A stretch of DNA of 32,000 bases from Nitratidesulfovibrio vulgaris str. Hildenborough. GTDB lineage: Bacteria; Desulfobacterota; Desulfovibrionia; Desulfovibrionales; Desulfovibrionaceae. Location of the stretch: positions 1 through 32,000 of the forward strand of contig NC_005863.1 of NCBI RefSeq assembly GCF_000195755.1, in the 5' to 3' direction. Every line of letters starts with the position of its first letter. Positions within the stretch are counted from its first letter, which is position 1. This document shows positions 26,632 to 32,000 of this stretch, in pieces. Made by a program: the position numbers and the translations under genes. The notes beneath the pieces are model-generated. The model did no database searches, was not told where the DNA came from, and was given only the letters and a program-made list of their open reading frames with translations.

Positions 26632-27693
26632 TCACTTGGCGGGGGGCACAGCCGAGGCGTCGATGAAGGCGTCCACCCGCAGGCCGCTGACCAGCGGGCC
26701 GGGTGCGTCGAGGGCGATGAGCACTTCGAGCACGCTCCTGTCCACGGGTTCGGAGGGGTTGCCCGTGCGCAACCGCTTGGGCGTGAGGCTCAGCACCACG
26801 CGCCCCACCTTGCCGTTGAACTTCTCGCTGCCGTAGGCGTCGGCGCGCACGAAGGCGACCTGTCCCACGCGGATGCGCCCGATGTCGCGTTCGTCCACCT
26901 CGGCCCGCACGTTGAGTGCCGAGATGTCGCCCACGCTGATGACGGGCGAGGGGGCGAACAGCGAGAACACCTCGCCCGGTTCGCCATGCACGCGCAGCAC
27001 CGTGCCGGAGACGGGGGCGCGCAACTCCATCCTCTCCAGCGCGGCGCGTGCCACGCCCACCGCCGAATCGGCGGCGGCAAGCTGGTAGCCCGCCTTGGCC
27101 ACGTCCTCGCGCCGGTACATGTCCTCCACCAGCTTCAGTTGCTGCGTGGCGGCCACGTATTCCTGCCGCGCCACGTCCATGTCGCGCTGTGCCCGTTCGA
27201 GGTCTTCGCGCGAGATGGCGTCCTGCTGCCACAGGCGCTGCCTGCGGGTGGCCTCGTCGCGGTACTGTTCGTAGACCTTGAAGGCCCGGCGTTCCTGCGC
27301 CAGCGCCTCGCCCTTCTCTTCGGGGCGCGACCCGTTGGTGAGCTTCTCGAACTCCATGCGGGCGGCCTGCGCGTTGGCCTGTGCCTCTTCAAGCTGGGCC
27401 TTCTCCATGCCGTTGCGCAGCCGTGCGAGGGGCTGCCCCTTCTCGACCTTGTCGCCCTCGGCCACGAACACCGTGTCGATGACGCCGCTGGTCTCGAAGC
27501 CCAGCACGAGTTCCTTGGTGACGGGTTCGACGATGCCGGAGGCCACGACCCAGCCCTTTGTCCTCTCCTCCATGGTCGCCGCGGCAGAGGTGCGCGGCAT
27601 GAGGTCGGGCAGGGGGGCCTGTGCCGAACGTGAAAGCACGAACACCGACGCCACGCCCATGATGGCTGCCAAGGCGATGAAACGTGGCTGCAT
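26632..27693 (-). CDS. HlyD-family periplasmic adaptor (membrane fusion protein) of the ABC exporter
   Basis: N-terminal TM anchor; lipoyl-like GVIDTVFVAEGDKVEKGQPLARL; long coiled-coil hairpin; beta-barrel GTVLRVHGEPGEVF. ATG 27693 has SD GGAGTGAGG. A GTG at 27705 overlaps the upstream stop. Confidence 0.9.
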   Translation of the reverse strand: MQPRFIALAAIMGVASVFVLSRSAQAPLPDLMPRTSAAATMEERTKGWVVASGIVEPVTKELVLGFETSGVIDTVFVAEGDKVEKGQPLARLRNGMEKAQLEEAQANAQAARMEFEKLTNGSRPEEKGEALAQERRAFKVYEQYRDEATRRQRLWQQDAISREDLERAQRDMDVARQEYVAATQQLKLVEDMYRREDVAKAGYQLAAADSAVGVARAALERMELRAPVSGTVLRVHGEPGEVFSLFAPSPVISVGDISALNVRAEVDERDIGRIRVGQVAFVRADAYGSEKFNGKVGRVVLSLTPKRLRTGNPSEPVDRSVLEVLIALDAPGPLVSGLRVDAFIDASAVPPAK

Positions 27694-27701
27694 GATGTAC
27701 C

Positions 27702-28388
27702 TCACTCCGTTTCCTTGATTCTTCCGTCTTCGATGTGCACCACACGGTCTGCGAAGGGCATGATGCGGTCGTCGTGGGTGACCACCACCACCGCCCGCCC
27801 GCCCGCGTGCGCGAGGTCGCGCAACAGCGACATGATCATCAGCCCGTTGGTGGAGTCGAGGGCCGCCGTGGGTTCGTCGGCAAGCATCACCATGGGCGAC
27901 CCCGCAAGGGCGCGCGCCACCGCCAGCCGCTGCTTCTGCCCGCCGCTGAGTCGCGCCGGCATCTCGCCCACCTTGCCGCCAAGCCCCACCTCGCCGAGGG
28001 TGGCGTCGGCGATGCGCCTTGCCTCGTCACGCGGCACGCCGCGCAGGTCGAGGGCCACCTGTATGTTCTGTGAACAGGTCAGCGTGGGAAAGAGGTTGTA
28101 GTCCTGGAAGATGAAGCCGAAGTGCTTCAGCCGCAGGGCCGAACGCGCCTCGGCCGAAAGACCGGTCATGGGGGTGCCGTCCACGGTCAGCGTGCCCTCG
28201 GTGGGGGAGAGGATGCCGCCCATGATGGACAGCAGGGTGGTCTTGCCGCTGCCGGAGGGGCCGCGCAGCATGAGCACCTCGCCGTCGCGCACCGAGAGAT
28301 GCACGTCGCGCAGGGCGTACTGTGCGTTCTCTCCGGCGCCGAAGACCATACTCACGCCGTGCACTTCAAGGAGGGTTCTGGCTTCCAT
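27702..28388 (-). CDS. ABC transporter ATP-binding protein (MacB/LolD/DevA-like)
   Basis: Walker A GPSGSGKTT, signature LSGGQKQRLAVARAL, Walker B MLADEPTAALD and H-loop VVTHD. SD AGGAG is best spaced for the ATG at 28388; an alternative ATG is at 28394. Confidence 0.95.
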   Translation of the reverse strand: MEARTLLEVHGVSMVFGAGENAQYALRDVHLSVRDGEVLMLRGPSGSGKTTLLSIMGGILSPTEGTLTVDGTPMTGLSAEARSALRLKHFGFIFQDYNLFPTLTCSQNIQVALDLRGVPRDEARRIADATLGEVGLGGKVGEMPARLSGGQKQRLAVARALAGSPMVMLADEPTAALDSTNGLMIMSLLRDLAHAGGRAVVVVTHDDRIMPFADRVVHIEDGRIKETE

Positions 28389-28394
28389 GGGCAT

Positions 28395-28486
28395 CTCCTG
28401 TCGTCTCCCCTAGCGTCCCCAGCCTGTTGTCCCCTGCGGTTTCCCCTGTCGTCCGTCAGCGTCCCCTGCCATTCCCTGGCGTCCCC
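28395..28486 (-). repeat. G-run / GGGGA repeat array in the permease-ATPase intergenic spacer
   Basis: Sense strand reads GGGGACGCCAGGGAATGGCAGGGGACGCTGACGGACGACAGGGGAAACCGCAGGGGACAACAGGCTGGGGACGCTAGGGGAGACGACAGGAG. That is seven G3-4 runs, most of them in a (C)AGGGGA(C) context. Confidence 0.85.
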
Positions 28487-29617
28487 CTACCGTCCCTTGA
28501 AGACGATGGCGGGGTCGATGACCAGCACCTTGCGGATGGAGATCACCGACGCCGCGATGCACATGACCAGCGTCAGCACGAACATGCCCGCCGCCAGCGG
28601 TGCCGAGACCAGAATGGCCGTCTCGCCGTACCGTCGCAGGTAGGCGATGCCGAAACAGATGACCATGCCGAGACCGTAGCCGAGTACCGCGCTGATGACC
28701 GCCTGACCCATGATGATGCGCAGGACGTAGCCGTCGGGCGCGCCCATGGCCTTGAGCGTGGCGAATTCGGGCAGGTGGTCCATGGTGGTGGCATAGAGGG
28801 TCTGGGCCACGATGACCATGCCCACCACGAGGCCAAGCACTGCCGCCAGCACCAGCGCACCGCCCGCCCCGGTGCTGAGCATCCAGTATTCGCGGGTCTT
28901 CTGGCTGAACTCGCCGGTGGTGAACACGTCCACATGCGCCACCCGTGCGGCGATGCGGGCGCGCAAGTCCTCCATGTCCACGCCGGGGGCGGCCTTCACC
29001 AGCACATAGGTGACCTGCCCCGGCGCGAAGCGCGAATAGAGATGCCCGTTGCGGTAGTCGGTGAACACGTAGGGCGAGGTGGTGAACGAGCGTATGCCCA
29101 TGGTGAACCCCATCACCCGCGCCCCGTGTGCGACGATCTCCACCTGTTCGCCGAGGGCGCGCACGCCCAGCTTGTCCATGTAGAGGGCGTCCATGATCAC
29201 GGCGTCGTCGGCGTCGAGGCGCGACACGTCGCCCTCGACCATGTTCCACGGGCCGCCCATGCCCTTGCGACTCTCGAAGGCGACGATCTCGATGGATTCC
29301 TGCCCGCCGTCGGGCTTCTTCCAGAAGGCGAAGTCCACCACCATGCCTGCGGCGTCGGCGACGCCCTCCACGCCGAGCACCTGCTGCACGCGGCTTTCGG
29401 GCATGGGCATGGCGATGTCGAAGGTCTTCACGCCCTTCGAGGTCACCCACAGGTCGGCCCTGCTGTTGTCGACCACGCCCGAGATGGTGGTGATGAAGCC
29501 GAGGAACAGCCCGCACTGGATGGTCACCAGCACCACCGCGAAGACGATGCCCGTGAGCGTCACGGCAAGGCGCACCCTGTCGTGGAAGAGGTTGCGGAAG
29601 GCTATCTCAAGGATCAT
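28487..29617 (-). CDS. FtsX/MacB-type ABC transporter permease (DevC-like)
   Basis: 376 aa from ATG 29617: MILEIAFRNLFHDRVRLAVTLTGIVFAVVLV (TM1), a ~200-aa periplasmic domain, then three C-terminal TMs of FtsX type. The ORF extension to 29758 overlaps the upstream gene and lacks an SD. Confidence 0.9.
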   Translation of the reverse strand: MILEIAFRNLFHDRVRLAVTLTGIVFAVVLVTIQCGLFLGFITTISGVVDNSRADLWVTSKGVKTFDIAMPMPESRVQQVLGVEGVADAAGMVVDFAFWKKPDGGQESIEIVAFESRKGMGGPWNMVEGDVSRLDADDAVIMDALYMDKLGVRALGEQVEIVAHGARVMGFTMGIRSFTTSPYVFTDYRNGHLYSRFAPGQVTYVLVKAAPGVDMEDLRARIAARVAHVDVFTTGEFSQKTREYWMLSTGAGGALVLAAVLGLVVGMVIVAQTLYATTMDHLPEFATLKAMGAPDGYVLRIIMGQAVISAVLGYGLGMVICFGIAYLRRYGETAILVSAPLAAGMFVLTLVMCIAASVISIRKVLVIDPAIVFKGR

Positions 29618-29688
29618 GGCGTCACCGTCTCCGTGCCTGCGGGGGTATGCGGCCCGTCTGCGCCACACGCGGTGGCCCTGCGACGGGG

Positions 29689-31241
29689 TTATTCCATGAT
29701 AGCATGTTTCCGCAGCAGTTCGTACAGCCTCGTCCGCGAAAGGTTCGACAGCGAACACGCCTGCCTGATGTCGCCCCCCACGGCCTCGTACAGGGTCGCG
29801 AGGTACGCATGTTCGAACGCCTCCAGCGCCTCGCGCCGCGCCTCGCGGAACGAGGGCAGGGCATCGGGGTGCGCCCCCCCGACGTGCGTGGCGTAGGCAG
29901 CGGCTTCGTCCGCCGTGTCGTGCTGTCTGCCGTGCGACGGGCCCTGCGACGGGCCATGGGAGGCATGGGACGGTGCTGCGCCGTTCGCGACGCCGTGCGC
30001 CATCTTGCCCGCCCGGTCATGCATTCCGTGATGGCCGACGTCGGTCGAACGGCGCGCGGGCGTGCGCCCCTGCCACGGGCGGCTGCTCTGCGGGAGCATT
30101 CCGGCGTGGATGGTGGCGGGCAGGTGTTCGGCGAAGAGCATGTCGCCATCGCCAGCCACGGCGAGGGTGCAGTCGATGACGTTGACCAGTTCACGCACGT
30201 TACCGGGCCACGGATGGGCGAGAAGCCTCGCCCTGAACTCCGCCGACATCTGCCAGACCTTGCCGCCGTTGGATTCGGCCCGCGACTGGAGCAGGTGTTC
30301 GGCTATCTCGATGATGTCCAGACCGCGTTCGCGCAACGGCGGCAGCAGCACGCGCATGGTGCTGATGCGGTACAGCAGGTCGTCGCGGAACGTGCCCTCG
30401 CGCACCATCTCCTGAAGGTCCTTGTTGGTGGCCGCCACCAGCCTGAAGTCGCTCGACTCTTCACTGCCGCCACCCACCGGGCGATAGCGCCTCTCCTGCA
30501 ACACGCGCAGGAACTTCTTCTGGAGCGACATGGGCAGTTCGCTGACCTCATCGAGGAAGAGCGTGCCGCCGTCAGCCTGCCTGATGAGGCCCACCCGCGA
30601 TTTGGCCGCCCCGGTGAACGCCCCCTGCGAGTAGCCGAAGAGCAGGCTCTCCACGAGGTGTTCGGGCAGCGAGGCGCAGTCCACGGTGATGAGCGGGCCG
30701 CCCCGGCGCTGGCTCATGCGGTGGATGGCGCGGGCGAAGAGTTCCTTGCCCGTGCCCGTCTCGCCTTGCAGCAGCACGTTCACGTCGGCATTGGACGAGC
30801 GGGCGATGGTCTCGAACTGGGCACGCAACGCGGCGGACTGCCGAAGATGCCGAAGTCGCGCAAGTCCGGCCCTTCGGCCCCGTTGCCGCCGAAGGAGGGC
30901 AGCCGCTCGAGCAGCGTCGTGATGGCGCGCGGGGCCTTGCCCTTGGGCATGTAGTTGAGTGCGCCGCTCAGCAGGGCCGCCTTGCCACGCTCGGGGTTGT
31001 ACCGTTCGGCCACGACGACCACCTGCGGGGCCGCCTGTGTGGAGCGCAGCCTCGGGATGCCTTCGAGCGCGTTGTCCATGCCCTCTTCAAGGACGACAAG
31101 CTGGCACGACGACGCGCGGCAATGCCTGATGCCGTCCTCAAGCGATGAGACGACCTTGAGGCTATGCCCGCCATCGGCGAACAGGCGCGAAAGATGCATG
31201 TACAGATCAGGCTGGTGCCCGATGAGCAGTACGTTGGCCAT
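29689..31241 (-). pseudogene. NtrC-family sigma-54 enhancer-binding response regulator, split by a 1-nt frameshift near 30840
   Basis: A receiver-like domain (31241 down to ~30840; MANVLLIGHQ...) is in one frame. The AAA+ domain (VNVLLQGETGTGKE Walker A, GAFTGA loop, TLFLDEV Walker B) and Fis-type HTH (RTRLYELLRKH) are in another. Reading DFGIFG then QSAALRAQFETIARSS restores the canonical linker only if one base is added at 30840/30841. Could be a sequencing error. Confidence 0.65.
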
Positions 31242-31325
31242 GAAGCGTTCCTTTGCGTCACTCTCCATGTCAGGCGATGAAGGTGTGCGTTGGCGCGGAA
31301 CAGATTTGTGGGATAGTATAGTCAT

Positions 31326-31544
31326 GGACTATGCAGCATATCCTATTAGAATGTTGATGCAGATAGTTTTATTGTTTTAATGCTATGGAATCATTGCGCA
31401 ATAGGTTAGTTTATTTTTAGTGGGCAGCCTGAAGATACATTATTTATATTCAAGTGGATTATATGAACGTATGCATGTCGTCGATCTGCGTTCTCATGAT
31501 GCGAATGTTGTATTGAAAATGCAGTCTATATAAGGTGAATACGT
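31326..31544. promoter_or_regulatory. AT-rich divergent intergenic region between the regulator gene and the PilZ gene
   Basis: Marked AT-richness relative to both flanks. No sigma-54 or sigma-70 elements confidently assigned. Confidence 0.3.
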
Positions 31545-31997
31545 GTGAGCACAGCTTGTAGGGTGACACTGCAAATGGGGGTTGTTATGCTTCAAGGAAT
31601 AATGTCAGGACGTATATCTTCTCGCAGTTCTAAGGCGCAGGACCGGAGGGACGCGCACCGTATCGAACTGATGAGCCCCTTCATTGTCTCTGCGACGTTC
31701 GACTCTGCGCATAGCCATCTGTGTCTTGCCCGCAACGTAGGCGTCGGTGGCCTGTTGCTGGAGTTCCAGACCGAAAGCGAGTTGTCCGGTGTCTCCGATG
31801 GATTCCGTTGCGTGCTCACGGATATGATGCCGGAAGGCTATCATACTATGCAGGATGTCCATTGTTCCGTGGAATGGCTGTACCGCAAGTTCGTCGGTGT
31901 CGCATTCAGCAGACCTTTCTTCATGAACCATGATGCTCTTCTTGAATGGATGAAAAGGGTACGCATGTCCTACAGGCTTGTGGAGAATGCAGACTAG
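31545..31997 (+). CDS. PilZ-domain protein (putative c-di-GMP receptor)
   Basis: RRDAHRIEL matches the RxxxR motif, and ARNVGVGGLLL matches the (D/N)xSxxG-like motif at the expected spacing. The likely true start is ATG 31587 (preceded by GGGGG) rather than GTG 31545. Confidence 0.65.
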   Translation: MSTACRVTLQMGVVMLQGIMSGRISSRSSKAQDRRDAHRIELMSPFIVSATFDSAHSHLCLARNVGVGGLLLEFQTESELSGVSDGFRCVLTDMMPEGYHTMQDVHCSVEWLYRKFVGVAFSRPFFMNHDALLEWMKRVRMSYRLVENAD

Positions 31998-32000
31998 GGC

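Noticed and set aside
29618-29688. Sigma-54 promoter for the ABC exporter operon (minus-strand TGGCGCAGACGGGCCGCA)
   Set aside because: The GG and GC dinucleotides are not at the required 10-nt separation (off by one or two), and the -12 region does not resemble TTGC.

Overview
High-GC segment that looks like part of a Desulfovibrio-type megaplasmid. This is inferred from gene content; I recall that D. vulgaris Hildenborough pDV1 carries nif genes but cannot verify identity here. Left to right: (1) a maintenance module: parA, a 1131-aa repeat-rich winged-helix protein, an iteron-like GTCAC/GTGAC array and an HU/IHF-like gene; (2) a minus-strand mgtE-like/usp pair; (3) a complete minus-strand nitrogenase operon nifH-nifI1-nifI2-nifD-nifK-fdx-nifE-nifN-nifB behind a perfect sigma-54 promoter, with divergent nifV; (4) a ~3 kb AT-rich island carrying a gamma-class N6-adenine methyltransferase plus an XhoI/PaeR7I-like endonuclease; (5) a minus-strand cluster of a frameshifted sigma-54 enhancer-binding response regulator, a MacB/DevCA-type ABC exporter, an HlyD adaptor and a CPBP intramembrane protease; (6) a PilZ gene. 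The most unusual signal is a ~26-bp composite DNA motif, GTCACCCC(G/A)TGAC-N7-GTCACC. It recurs at least nine times inside and just downstream of the large parA-adjacent ORF, in two reading frames and in both orientations, and related half-sites cluster at other loci. Other oddities: in-frame repeat expansions in nifE, nifN and nifB; a Cys/His/Asp-rich repeat tail on NifE; long repeat-laden spacers inside the nif operon; and a 1-nt frameshift that splits the enhancer-binding protein. All calls come from reading the sequence and the ORF translations; no searches were run.
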